In this document: positions 1 to 12,893 of the stretch, piece after piece | Layout of the letters: every line of letters begins with the position of its first letter | Position numbering within the stretch: the first letter of the stretch is position 1 | Source of the DNA: Camelus ferus | Taxonomy: Eukaryota | Length of the DNA: 64,000 bases | Assembly: GCF_009834535.1 (NCBI RefSeq) | Contig: NC_045696.1 | Span: 15,626,001 to 15,690,000 of the forward strand | Reading direction: 5' to 3' | Translations under genes and position numbers: made by a program | The notes under the pieces: generated by a model | The model's database searches: none | Seen by the model: only the letters and a program-made list of their open reading frames with translations | What the model was told of the DNA's origin: nothing

Positions 1-110
1 GCCCACACTCATGGTACCATATGGGTGATCATTTATAAGAGAGGGCGGTGGAAAGAACAGGTTGATGTCCATGTCAACTCTTGGCCATGAGGCTGAAGAG
101 GACCTGGGGG

Positions 111-311
111 CAGGGCTGCATAATGACATTTTGAGTCCTAGGAGCTTTTGTCTTGGTGGTCCCTTTTCTCCGTAAAAGAATATCAGAAACTTCATTTGGT
201 GACTATGTTAGTATATAAACAGATACAATCCAGGCTGATTTCATTATAACCCTGAAATCATCATGGGTCCTGGCACTGTGTCTCTTCTGCCTACGGGGTC
301 AGTCAGCCCTG
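111..311. mobile_element. hAT-Tip100-type non-autonomous DNA transposon (ORSL-like MITE)
   Basis: Terminal inverted repeats CAGGGCTG (111-118) and CAGCCCTG (304-311). The internal text (ATCCAGGCTGATTTCATTAT, GGGTCCTGGCACTGTG) resembles the recalled consensus. No TSD is retained. Confidence 0.6.
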
Positions 312-437
312 GGCCAGAGGACATAGCAGTGGTCAGAAAAGAAGCCACAGTGGGAGGACACCCGAAGTCTGAGACTGAAGAGTCTCACTGCTCAAGGACA
401 ACAGAAAGATGATTTTTAAGAAAAGAAAGGAAATATA

Positions 438-626
438 CAGTAATGATCAGGTAAACAGCTCCCCAGGAGAAGGGGACAAAAGCCCTGACTGTAGCTTTTG
501 CCAGTTTCTAAGGTGCAAATACCCTCTTTCTGTCCATTTGTGAGCTGCCAACGGTTTAGCAACCAGTTCCAAAATTTCTTGGGTATTTATCAATCCAGTC
601 TTGCTGGCCTGTATGAGCGCGCACTG
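438..626. mobile_element. MER63-like hAT-Blackjack DNA transposon relic
   Basis: AAAGCCCTGACTGTAGCTTTTGCCAGTTTCTAAGGTGCAAATAC and the ending GCACTG resemble the recalled MER63 consensus. Confidence 0.55.
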
Positions 627-1440
627 TAGAGACTGCTACCAGTCTTCAGGACATTTTACGTCTTCTTAGTAACCCACTCAAGGCAACTTGATGATGTACT
701 GGACTTCAGGACTGGTCTTACGCACGGTCACGTGACAGCCCCCAGCCTTCTTCTCCCTGTTGCTAACAATAGCCTGAAAATTACTCCAAAATTAAGGGGA
801 CCTAAAAATTCAAATTAAACCCTAATCTATTCTCTGGGTGATAATAATATAACCCATTATTACCAACAAGTCAAGATGTAACTCTGACACCATATTCTTT
901 CACTGGAATAAGAGTTGGATACTAGAACCAGACCTTCCTAGCCTCCTTCTCTGACAGCGTACAGAGGGAAAGCGTCCGGGAGGAACCTAAAGTCAAACTT
1001 TTTCAACCTGCAATTCATCTTGAGAGCTGCCTCGTCTTTGCTTTACGCCCGGGGCCAGGGACCCCGGGGCTAAGGTCACTTTATGTTCAATAGTTGCAGC
1101 CCTTTTTTTGCAGCTGCGATTTGAGTAACTGTGTCTGGGTTCTTTTACAGCAATATGTTACCCCGAATAGGTAAGCCCCTTTTTTCCCCAATAAGGAGCA
1201 TTTCCAGCTGGTTTCTACAGAATATTAATGATGGAAGTTTCAACAAATAATAATGCCCTTAAGGAGAGCTGCCCCTCGTTTTCTTTTGTTTTGTTTTCCT
1301 TTTGATTTTTTTTTTGTTTGTTTAATGGAGACCACACCATGGTATTTGTGTCTTAAAAACAGAAATTTTATATATAATTATATATAATAAATATAATTAA
1401 TGTATTTATGTATATTGTGTATATCGTATACAACCACAAC

Positions 1441-2395
1441 TTTAGTTTCCTATGTAACAAACTGCCAGTATTTACTGCCTTAAAACCATACAAATTTAAT
1501 ATCTTACACTTCTGGAGACCAGAATCCAGAATCAGTCTCACAAGGGGCTGGGATGGCTGGTTCCTCCTGCGGCTTTAGGGAGACCCCATCTCCCAGTCTT
1601 TTTCAGCGTCTGGGAGCAGCCTGCTTTCCTTGGCTCATGTGTCTTTCCTAACATCCCTCAATCTCTTGCTTCCATCATCACATCTGCTACTGACTCTCAT
1701 CTTCCTGCCTCCCTTTTATAAGGACTGAGATGGTTAATTTTATGTGTCAACTTGACTGGGGCACAGGGTGCTCAGATATGTGGTTAAACATGATCTCTGG
1801 GTGTGTCTCTAGGGGTATTTCTGAATGAGATTAACATTTGACTCAGTAGACTTAATAAAGTGGAGTTCCTTCCCCAAAATCAGTGGGCCTCATCCAATCA
1901 ATTGAAGGCCTGAATAGAATAAAAGTCTAAGAAAGAATTTTCTCTCTCTGTCTCTCTTCAAGCTAGGACATCTTCTTCTGACTCTGGACTTAGACTTGGA
2001 CTGGAACTTACACCATCAGCTTTCCAGGTTCTCAGGCCTTTGGATTAGGACTGGAACAGCTCTTCTGGGCCTAGACTTCTCTGCCTCTTTAATCACATGA
2101 GCCAATTCTTTATTTTATACACACACACACACATATATTTATCACATAAATATAAAATAACTATAAATATATACTCTATATATGTGTGTGTGTGTGTGTG
2201 TGTGTATACATACACACATCTTGAATACAAGGACTATTATGAGTACATTGGGTCTACCCAGATAATCCAGTCTAATTTTCTCAACTCAAAATCTTTGATT
2301 TAATCACAACTGCAAAATCCCCTTTTCCATATAAGGTAACATTGACAGAGATTAGGACCTGGATATCTATGCAGGGCATTATCCATCCTAACACA
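1441..2395 (-). mobile_element. MaLR solo LTR (MLT1C/D-like), split by an MLT2 insertion
   Basis: Typical reverse MLT1 text on the left (AAATTTAATATCTTACACTTCTGGAG...CTTTTATAAGGAC) resumes at 2230 (AGGACTATTATGAGTACATTGGG...ATCACAACTGCAAAATCCCC). Confidence 0.8.
1726..2229 (+). mobile_element. ERVL solo LTR (MLT2-family) nested in MLT1
   Basis: Starts TGAGATGGTTAATTTTATGTGTCAACTTGACTGG and ends AATACA. Perfect 5-bp TSD AGGAC at 1721-1725 and 2230-2234. Contains internal (AC)n and (TG)n tracts. Confidence 0.9.
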
Positions 2396-3498
2396 AACAC
2401 AGACACAGATACAAAAACTAGCAATTAAGTTTAACTTTTAATTTGTCTCTGACTTTTGTGTGCTTAAGTATTACATTTATAATAGAAACCAAGTAGCTTT
2501 CAAATCTCCACAATTAATAAATTTTGTGGTGTTTTTAGCAGATTGCTTTAGCTTCTTCTAATTGCAATAAAATATTTATCTAAAATCTCTGTAACAAGGG
2601 TCTCGAAAGACTACATGAATATTATCGTAATTTTATTCTTGCAACATCCAAATGAGACAGAGCAGTTTTCAGGTATTTTATGATAACAAATACATTGCAA
2701 AGTACAAGCTTTTGAGATAAAGAAAGATGACTTATTAAAATGTCCTAAGTATCTCCAGTTTACTGATAACTTTTGATGCAGAAGAAAATGAATGGGTATC
2801 TGATGCTCAACTCATGGTTTAATTGCAATTACCTAAATTAAGTAAGCAAATGTTATTGGCCCCTAACAAAAAAAAAGTTCTATGATATAAAACATATAAT
2901 TTTCATATTTAGCATCTCATTAAGACATGTTACTCTGTCTTTTATTCCTTCAAGTCCCACTCAAATCACAGCAGATCATACCAGAAATGCATGTTACATG
3001 CAATTACAGGATTTAAATTTGTTATCAGCTATCATACATTTCAAAGCAAATTAACATCCGCTAGTTCACATAAAAATAGACTTCTCTCCAGTAAAACTTT
3101 GGCTGTTTCTCAACTTCTCAATATTTGTCCTGTTCCAATCTACTCTAAATTCCTGGCATCAAGTGACTTCCTCTCATTCCTCTCGGTGTTCTAGAACATT
3201 CCTGCCCATGCTTACAATGTTAGATAAACTCTGCTAATGAGGTCCTACCTTCAGAACTCAGGAAGGTCAAGCTTCTTTCTTTATTTGCTTCACTGAGTGA
3301 GCAGCCAAACCCACTACTTTCTCTTTAATCTTTTCATGGTTGTCTTCTAGCCAGCTCTTAATCGGCAATTGAGATGGTACTTTTTAATATTTCTATCCCT
3401 TATTCTTGTCTATCCATTTGAAATGCCACTATCAAAATAGCCTTCCCAGAAACAGCATCTCCATCTACCCCGTCAAGAAAGCCACAGCTTCTACCGTG

Positions 3499-3501
<3 letters not shown>

Positions 3502-3563
<62 letters not shown>

Positions 3564-3575
3564 TGTGTGTGTGTG
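3502..3575. repeat. (TG)n microsatellite
   Basis: About 37 TG units with one interruption, read directly. Confidence 0.97.
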
Positions 3576-4189
3576 AATTATCTTTCTGTTTTGGCAGGTT
3601 TGTGGCTGTGTATATGCATGTGTTTCCTGAGGCTCTGCTGTTTGGTTTAGAGATTAGGGAATTCTCATTCTGAAAACGACCAGCTTTTTCTAGTTGGTAT
3701 ATCCCGGGATGGTCCCTCATCACATGTTTTGGTTGGAGAGCCGTCACTGCCTAGGCTGCAGTCCGGGCTTCGTCTTGTTTCTTCCTCTGGCCCCCACGCC
3801 TTCGCTGTCCGTGCCAGAGCTCCGTGGGTGGCCTGCTGTCATCACCCTCTGCACCTGTCCCAATTAGCAGGCCTGAGATGCCGCCAGCACAGCCTCCGTG
3901 CTGGCGACTGGCTGCGTTGTGTGACCTCATTGCTGGCAAGGCTGTGGCCGGATGGTATGTGGTGTCTAGACACCATTTGTTGGAACTGCTGGGTGGGAGA
4001 AAGCTCTGGGGCTGGAAGTTTCTCACCAGAGGCCTGACGGCTGGGACTGGCCATCCACTCTGTGCCCTTGGTGCTCTTCCGGGGGGCCGGATACTTGGCC
4101 AGCATTCACCAATGTTTGCTGAGTTGATAGCAGTTTGGAGCCAAATGGATTTTCTGCTGTTACCACAAAATCTAGGATGGCGTTGAAAT

Positions 4190-4430
4190 GAAGGGCACGG
4201 AGGCTGAAGGCTGACGGACGGGGCTTCAAATCCCGACTCCACCACTTCCCGGCTGGGTGACACTGGGCAAGTTTTACACCCACCCCGTGCCTCAGCGTCC
4301 TCACTTGTTCACCAAGGACAAAATTTGTCCCATCTCAGAGGACTGTGATTATTAGAAGAGCTTATCCTTGTAAAGCTCTTAAATCACTGAGCACAGGGTT
4401 AAGTCTCCAAAAATGTTATATTTTCATCTT
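4190..4430 (+). mobile_element. MIR SINE
   Basis: Core similarity: TTCAAATCCCGACTCCACCACTT...GTGACACTGGGCAAGTT...GTGCCTCAG...TGTAAAGCTCTTA. Confidence 0.75.
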
Positions 4431-5092
4431 CATCATAGTTCATCTAAATCTCCCAACCCAACTGCTGATCATATTTTTCTCAGTCTGATGTTCTATAGAC
4501 ACATTATGTTACTCATCACTTTTAAAATGCCATTTATTATTAACTTGATAATTATAATTTAATATAATTTAATCTTTTGCTAAGTAAATAAACTTAGCCA
4601 AAATATTTCTTTCTTTTCCCATGTTGAAGGTGGTAAACTGGGCTGCAGGAATGCCCTTCCCCACACAGGGAACTGGGCACCGGCTTCCCCAGGCCTCCCA
4701 GTAAAGAAAACTGGAGAGAGGCTTGGAGGTTCAGTTCTTCCTTCTAAGTCGTGCATGAGACAGGAACAGACAGCAAGATGCATAAATACGAGCAAACCGC
4801 ATCCTCCTCTCCTTAAGCCAGGGGAGACCACTGTGACTCACTTCGTTCTCAGAAGCTATTTTATTAAGATAGAAAACAAAAAAGCAGATAGAGGAAACAT
4901 AATTTTGAAGACAATAATATTAGCTAAAATTTGATATGGCCCAAAAAATGTACTGCTGAAATTTTTGTAGCAAAAGGAGAAATAAGTTCCTGGGAATTAG
5001 ATGAGAAGTGGGGGGTGGACTTCTCCTCAAAAGAAAAAAAAAAACCAAAACCCCAAAACACTACAAGTTAGAATATCAGCTTCCTAATATAA

Positions 5093-5106
5093 CCACGAGG
5101 TGGCGC
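5093..5106 (+). promoter_or_regulatory. Candidate CTCF binding site
   Basis: CCACGAGGTGGCGC is a near-consensus CTCF core motif, retaining two CpGs in an AT-rich setting. Confidence 0.6.
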
Positions 5107-6837
5107 ATTTAACCCAGAATCAGCTAATACTAAATCTGTCAGTAATATTTTATTTTTATGCAGGCATTTTTACTGTTTTGGGAAGGAATCTCAAGCTGAA
5201 ATAAAAGAGGATATCATGTCTTAAAAACACGAATTTTAAGCAAAATTCTGTAAGCTATGCTAGAGTGTACTTCCCTATTTCCCTAAAACATGAGCTGCAT
5301 TTTAAACAGGTCTTAATGGTCAAACTGCAAGTAATTCTAGACTATTTAATGAACCAACTGGTAGATTTATTAAACCTAAATGTGGAAACAGATAGATTTG
5401 TAAAATGAAGGAACTGTAAACAAAATAACAAACCTGGCACTCAAGTTATAAGGAACCGAATTCATGTGTCTCCTTATACCTAAATTTTCACAATTATAAT
5501 AATCCAAACCAACCTTAATTATTCTATTTGTTTGAAGACTACCTTTTAAAGGAAAGATGCTATATTTAACACAAATAGGAAAACGTCTTCCAAACCGAAG
5601 TTCTTTAAAAAGGACTAATTCCAGCTGAATTGATGCTGATTCTATGAAGACAAATGATACTGTACCTTGAATGTGCTTAAAGCACAGGTAGTAGCTGACC
5701 TAGTCTCTTGCCTGTGCAAGTAAATGATCAATTCAGGTGAAAGATGTCGGCTTCTTCCATGAAACCCAGCACTAGGCTTTGATAATGTGACAGGACTAAG
5801 TCACAAGAAGGGTCGCGAGTATCCCAGCGTACCACACGCATGTTTCCAGCAACACTGGGCAGGCTGGGGGTTGCAGAAGCCACGTTTTGTGAGCTGGAGC
5901 AAATCACACTGCGTGCCTCCTGATGAAATCTAACCAAATAGGCTATCAAAAGCATCCTCAGAAAAGGCAGCAGGCCCCCTAAAAGGACTCTGGGGGAAGG
6001 TTCTCTTGGATGTATGGGATGGGGGAGTGGGCAGAGGGAGTAACATCACTGTCTGAGCTGGGAAGGGGTGGTGGGACTTCATGAAGTGACTAAGCACAGG
6101 GGTTGGGGCTTTCTTTTCTACCGCATCAACACACCATCCAGGCGTTGTTGCCTAAACCTGCTTCTGCAGGATTATGAATTCTCTTGGGACTATGAGCTCT
6201 GTCTAGGGCTGGACACTGTCCCAGACCCAAATGGACATCCGTTCTGCTCTTTGGGCAAGGTGCAGGCCACTGACGGCAAGAAGTGCACACAGATGATGGA
6301 GAGCTCTGCAGCTCCTCAACACAGGGTGGGTGGTGCTCATTGGAGACTGGGACATCCGCATGCTCTGCCATGGCGCCATCTAGTGCTGGCAAGTGTTACT
6401 GCAGTCTCTTGATGGTGACCACATGGGGACTGGACCCAGGGCTTCCAACCTCTTTTACCTGCCCTGCACCTTGAGTCTGAGACGGGAGAGTGACCCAGCT
6501 TCCTGGGGAGTCAAAGGGCCACAGGTACCTAACAGGAAAGTAAGATGAAGTTTGTGTTGGGGAGTAAGCAGATGCATTGCTTGATTTTTTCAAACTTTTA
6601 GCCCCCCAACAAGGCTTTGTAAAACATCCAACTCTAATACTAATTCCAGCAGCCAGCCCATTATCATAATAACTTGAGGGTGGGGGGCAGGACACTTGGA
6701 TCTTTAATTCACTGCATTTTTTTGGCTTTTAAATCAGATGTTTGCACCGCTTCCTCGGAATTACCTGGTGAACCTCTCTAAAGGCCTAAACCCACATTGG
6801 TCAGACCCCAAGTTATTGGCTCCATAGGAATCATGGT

Positions 6838-7131
6838 TAGAATCCTGTCCTGCCTCTTCCTGGCTTCTGCTGCAGGCTGTCCTGGCTTACAGCTCCATCA
6901 CTCCAATCTCTGCCTCTGTCATCACACGGCGTTCTCTCTCCCCTGTGTGCCTGTCTTTGCAGCCATCTTCCCTCTTTTTCAGAAGACATCAGTCATACTG
7001 GGTGAGGACCCATCCTGCGTTAATTTGTTTATGTCTGCAAAGGCCCTATTTCCAAATAAAGTCATATTCACAAGTACGCGGCTGGAACTTCAATACATCT
7101 TTTTTTAGGGGTTGCAATTCAAAACATAAGA
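6838..7131 (-). mobile_element. MaLR LTR fragment (MLT1B/C-like)
   Basis: CATCACTCCAATCTCTGCCTCTGTCATCACA...TCTGCAAAGGCCCTATTTCCAAATAAAGTCATATTCAC. Confidence 0.8.
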
Positions 7132-8319
7132 CCACCCTAGCAATTTGGCTGAGGGGTGCAGAGTGCAAAAATCACACATATATTTTTAAACAATGCTTTG
7201 TAGTATTTATATATTTTTGAAGCATTTTCACTCCAGTTGACTAATTTTGTTCTCTGTAGAGTTCTCCGAGACACACGAGTCAATATGGTTATCCCACACT
7301 TGCCAACAAAGCAGTCTGTAAGACATTTAGCAATTTTTCAAAGACTCTATATCAAGCTAGGAGCAAATTTGCTCTCTTTATCATATTCTTCTCTAAAACA
7401 AACAAACAAGAAAAACCAACCAAAAACTGCAGAACAGCTCTGCGAATCAAGTAACACTGAGTGATGCTGCCAGACATTTCAAAAGTCATATCGTAACTTT
7501 GGGCTTATCAGAGTGATACCTGAGAGAATTCTGCTAAAAGAGAGAACAGATGTGTAGGACTCACTTGAATTCTACCTTACCGTTTGACTTCAGTTTCAAA
7601 TGACCCTTTTTTTTTTTTTTTTTTTTGGTGCTAAAATTCTGGAAATATTAAGGAGTTAGGAAATTTTATATGGTTCCTAGAAGAACGAGGATGGTCCCAT
7701 GTAATACTTATAGATGAGGAATTACTTTTGAAATATATTCAACTAAGTGTAAGAAATCAAGCTTTGCACCAAAATTGGAATGAAACGTCTGGCACTGTCA
7801 TCAAAACGAAGAATTAGATTTTTTGATCTGTCATTTTAGTTACTCCTAAGTTGTTGCCAAGCATCAACACAGTTTACAAAGAAAGCGTTAAATTAATTAA
7901 TTCAAAATTAGAAGCGCCTCATATAGATGGCTTAATTATCCATGGAGATGAGACAGTCGTAATTTCTTTTAATTTAGTCATCCCTAAGAGTCATTTAACT
8001 CTGACTCTAAATTCCACAAAATAAAATCAGAAAAAGCTCCAGTCGCCCAATACTGAATTATAACTGATGCAGTTAAAACAAATCATTCGTTTCCATCTGA
8101 TTTATGAACAGTCAAAATCATTCGCATGGAAGTCAATGACTCAGAAAATAATAATAATAAAAAAGCAAGAGGTAGGTATGCTGCTTTCTTTTTAGAAAAC
8201 AGGCAAGCAATCGTTCAATGTCGAGAAGAAATCCATTTGTGTTCCCCCCACTGGCTGGACTGTTACAACAGCGACGCCTGCTGGTGTAATGAACATTGAT
8301 TTATCCAAGGTCTAGCTAG

Positions 8320-8950
8320 GAGGCAGTATGAGGTCATGAGTGAGAGAGTGGCCTCTAGATAGACTCTCAGCTCAACAGTTTGCCTACTATGAGCATGTCA
8401 TTTTGTCCTTCTAATCCTTGCCTTTCTCAGCTATACCCTGGGAATAGTAACAGCACATAACTGCGGCAGAGAGAACACCATAAGCTTCCCAAACACTTTC
8501 ATTTCTGGTGGCCACACAAGTAGACGCTACTTCCCAGCAACCCATGAATTAAATGGATGCTGTTCCTAGTACTTGCCAAGGGTACGTGAGCAGAACAGGT
8601 TCTGGCTCCTGAAATGTTCCAGGAGTCCATCCGCATGTTTGCTTCACTGGTTAGCCAGCTGCAGGCAAGTGACCCGGTGGAAGAGGTGGAGGCTTAGGGT
8701 AGAAATGGTTCCGTGAGGACTACTAGCTTGAAGAAGCCTGGAATTGCTAGATTGCAGAATCATTGCTTGAAGGTAGGGAAATGGGCAAGAAAGAAAACTC
8801 TTTTATTTGTTAAGTCACTGAGATTTTGGGGTGCTTGGTGCAGCAATTCACATAGCCCGAATAGCACACAATCTCATAAATTTGTCATAAGAATTAAGAG
8901 TGCCTAGCACATACTAAATATTCAATAACTGATGGATATTATTACTATTT
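8320..8950 (+). mobile_element. Degenerate MIR interrupted by an old MaLR LTR (MLT1J-like, ~8462-8868)
   Basis: MIR-like 5' part, and MIR 3' tail GTGCCTAGCACATACTAAATATTCAATAA. The middle has MLT1 motifs CTACTTCCCAGC and TTGTTAAGTCACTGAGATTTTGGGG. Confidence 0.55.
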
Positions 8951-10958
8951 AAAGGAAAAATAAATGTAAAATGTCCTGTTACATATTATGGCTTTGCTAG
9001 TAGTTAAAACATCTTGTGAAATATATAGAAATTGATTTTATACGTATATGTATATATATCATCTATTCTATAATGCATAAAATTACATTACTTAGTGTAG
9101 TGTAATACCGCCTCTTATCTCCTGGCACAGGACCTGATGATAGAGCATCAGTATTCATTAGAGGTTGAATGAATGATGGTTTCAATGAATAAATTAATCC
9201 ATGAGTACAGTATGATCGAGAAGACTTTTCCCGTTTAATTGCACTGGACAGAGTTACTATGTTTCCTATACAGATCAGGAATTTTTGAAGACTCAAGAAT
9301 GACAAAGATGCTTAACACTAAGAAGGAAAAGGAAGACAAAAGAACACTTAGGGAGCTTCAGAAGTGGGTACGTGCTAGTTCTTACATTACACGGTAAATA
9401 CATAAGTGCTTGTTACCTACCTAATTCACATATGCTTCCATATGTTCTGTTTACATCAAATATAATAAAATTTTAATAAAAGAAAAATAATATTCAACAC
9501 AGATGATTTTGATTATACAGCAGGTATGAAAAGGATTTGTCATCAGTTTATTAAATGAGCAATCACTGTGCCTAAGGGTAAAGATAAAAGACGTACATAT
9601 GATGTATATTTTGACTTTCAAAACTCACAAAAATAACTTTTGGTTCTAATGGAAAGATTGACAATTGAGAATAATTAAGAAGAGATATTTGTGGAAGGAA
9701 GAAAATTCTAGGCAAAGAATGAGATACTGACTACCTTACAAGGGTGTCAGAACACTCAAACTCCAATCCCGGGCCCACAGCTCACCATGAGTTGGGGTCA
9801 GATAACTTCTCAGAGGCTCACTTCCCCGGTACCTAAAATTATGGGATTGGATTAACTGGTTAATTTCGTGATGTTTCAGGGTTATTATTTGTTCAATATC
9901 ACTATTGTAAACATTAGTTTTCATTGCACTGGGTGTGGGAGAAATAATCTGTTAGAAGAGCTCTGGCTGATAGCATGCTAGATAAATTATCTTGTAAGTG
10001 GGTATTTCTTCTTGATATATAAATAGCTGCTTTCCACAGAAGCCAAGTTATGTCAAATAATAAATTGAAAAACAAATGGAAAGTAGAACTATTTTATTCA
10101 TACTTAATTGACCGTACACAGTTTGCATATATGCCAAACAAGCCAATACAGAGTGGGGCTTGTATTCTAATGAACCTCCATCACAATAGAGGCAATGTGG
10201 GGAAAAATAATTTGATCTGGCAAAAAAATTAAAGATAATTTGAAGGTGTATTTATGGCATACCTGTCACCCCCTTCCTAGGCAACCAGGCATTTTTCAAA
10301 CAGAAAAAAAAAGTAGATAATTATAGACTATAATATATTTGGTCCTTCCTGCTTAAGGAAGGAAATTTGCAAGAAATAAAACCATACGTGAAATCCTAAA
10401 GGCGTCATTTCATGTGTCCAGTTTGAAATGGAATGTCTTGATGGAATCACAGCACCTTCATGTGATGTACAGGCCACTGATGGTTTCTTCATCTGAGTCA
10501 GACCTGCACACCCACCCCTCCCTTTGCTCTGCATCAGTGGTCCCTGGTCTGCAGTGCTTGCTATTAGCCACAGTTGGTGACTATTTTTAAGAAAGGCTTT
10601 TGAGAAGAAGAATCATGGAACTGGGTGAGGAAAATAAGGTTTCCTGGTGATGTACTGAAAAGAGCCTTTTTCTCAATCCAGAAAATTCTTTTCCATTGAA
10701 AGAAAGTTACCTCCAGATTTTATCTGGTTTTGTTTTGCTTTCTAAGGGTAGCGAATGTCACAGTTCAGAGAAGCACCCGGGCAAAAGCAGAATACACAGC
10801 TTAGGCAACCGGAAGACAGGTCAAACCCTGTCTCAGGTCTGTGGCAGAAACGCCAACCAGTATGGGCAAAATCATGAGCTAGTCTCATGAATGTGTTCAA
10901 TTTCAATTCCAAACTGATTTTTAATTGGGTTGAAAAATAAACTTAAACTATAGTCACT

Positions 10959-11425
10959 TATTGATGAAAAATTAATCAGTCAGTCTAAGAAAGAAGTGGA
11001 CAATTTTATTTGAGCCAAACTGAGGATTATAACTTGGGAAGAGCCTCTAGAAAAGCTCCGAGAACTGTTCCACCTGTTAGAAGTCAAAGCACACTCATAA
11101 AACTTTTTGAGACAGAAGACTGTACGTTAAAAGATGTATTATTGACAGTTCATATAATCCAGCGAGTAGCGAGGTCATGGGTCATCATGGCCCCTTACGA
11201 GATCGAGAGACAATGTTGTCTTTCAGGAGTTGTCTGGTTGGTGCTGGGAGAAGGTTGCTGTTTAAGGCTGAGCAGGTATTGACGCTGATGGGGAGGTCTG
11301 GTCAGTGCATCATCATGTGAGCACACAATGCACAGTAGAGGAGAGAGAGGAGGCCAAAGAGTAGACAAATTTTTTTATGTTTAAATTTTTCTTGTCTTGC
11401 CATAAAATACGAATTTTATCTCACA
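10959..11425 (-). mobile_element. ERV1-class solo LTR
   Basis: The minus strand begins TGTGAGATAAAATTC and has AATAAA (plus-strand TTTATT near 11005) about 45 nt before the end. Its length of ~470 bp and its layout fit a solo LTR. No clear TSD. Confidence 0.6.
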
Positions 11426-11429
11426 GCTA

Positions 11430-12215
11430 ATAGCAGTGGAACATTCTGTCTGTATCAGATACTCTTCGGGGCACTGAGGAAATAGTGGTGGGCAGACCCA
11501 TCACATGTCCAAGTTCACGGCTCTGCGGAAGGAAGTGGGGAAGGACACTGAACCAATGAACTCATAAGTGACTAAATAAATACAAATTGTGGTAACATCC
11601 AAGGAAGAAAAAAAAATACAGCTTCACGAAAAGCCAGTAACCAGAGGATGTGCTCTGGCTTGTGTGATCAGAAATCTGTGAGGAAGGGATTTACACTGAA
11701 GCTTTTTTATTGCACCTTTATTCTTTCATCATTAAAACTAGCCCAGATGTCCTATCAATAAAGGACTGGGTTAGTGGGTGAGAGGACCTTCATGCAATTT
11801 ATTTTTATCTATTAAGATGAAAGGATGTCTCTGGATCAACAAGCTGTCCAAGCTTTACTCTTAAATAAACTGAAGGCTGAAGGATGAACCGCCCTCAGTC
11901 AGGACTCATGAGAGGAACAACATTTCAAGCAGAGGGAACAGCATGGACCAAAGTTCTGCAGTGAAAAAGGCTTTGTCATTTCCAGTAAAAGAAAAAGAAT
12001 CATCCAGGCTGTGGAGTATTTGAGGGGTGCAGGGAGGGCAGTGGTACAGGCTAAGACTGAAAAGCAGTTCATCTTTTACTCTAAGGGTAGTGAAAAGCTA
12101 ATAAAGGGTTTACACAGGCCAGTGATCTGATACAATTTACAGTAAAAAGAATGGATTGGGGGATTAAGAAAGAGATACAGGTTGGAAATCTATGTGGCAA
12201 TTGTCCACAGGGAAA
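11430..12215 (-). mobile_element. L2 LINE relic (continues in pieces at ~12770-12890 and ~13896-13970)
   Basis: L2 signatures CATTTCAAGCAGAGGGAACAGCATGGACCAAAG, TTTTACTCTAAGGGTAGTGAAAAGCTA and GAGTCCAGTTTTTGATATG. Confidence 0.6.
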
Positions 12216-12221
12216 ATAAAT

Positions 12222-12690
12222 TGTATTATTTGGATTCTAACCAGAAAAGCAGATTCTATCCAAAGTATTCTAGAATGAGAGGATTTAAAGCAAGGAATCC
12301 ATTATCCCTATAATGGAATTGATGAGAAGCAAAATGTTGGTGGTGAGACCCTCCATGGATTAACAACATCAAGAAGCTACTACCACCCCAAAGCGGGAGG
12401 GTCAGAGGGAGGCGGTGATGCTAGCAGACCCGAGGCTGCGTCATCTGGTGGAGGTGGGAATCACAGTGGGCTGGTCCCGAAGGAGCTGAAGCTCAGGGAG
12501 GAGATGAAGTGAATGCAGGGGATGCTGCCCCAGACAAGAGGCGGATAGGTCTCTCCCACTGTCACTCACACCACAGTGCTGCCCATTGACAAAGTCTAGC
12601 TGATCCTGGAGCCTGCAGAATTCAGTCTGCAGGAATCAGCCACCTCCAGTGGAGAGCAGAGCCGTGGAAGGACAAACAGATTAGGAATCA
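12222..12690 (-). mobile_element. Old MaLR LTR (MLT1K/L-like)
   Basis: Starts TGTATTATTTGGATTC and contains CAGTGCTGCCCATTGAC and AGTCTGCAGGAATCAGCC, resembling reverse MLT1K-type consensus. Confidence 0.5.
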
Positions 12691-12893
12691 GGATGTTGCT
12701 CTGAAGACGGAATCCAGAACAACTGTCCTAGATTTAGTGTAGACATAAGCAGAACTGTTTATCTAGAAAGACACTTGTGTTTCTGGCTAAACAATTAGGT
12801 CGATTGTGACAACACTGACATAAACATGACAAAAAGAAAGAGACACAAGTTATAAGGTCTAAGAGTCCAGTTTTTGATATGGTAATCTTAACT

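Noticed and set aside
3400..4304. Cluster of overlapping 87-170 aa ORFs on both strands
   Set aside because: Explained by local GC richness, the (TG)n tract and a MIR; no recognisable domain or exon structure.
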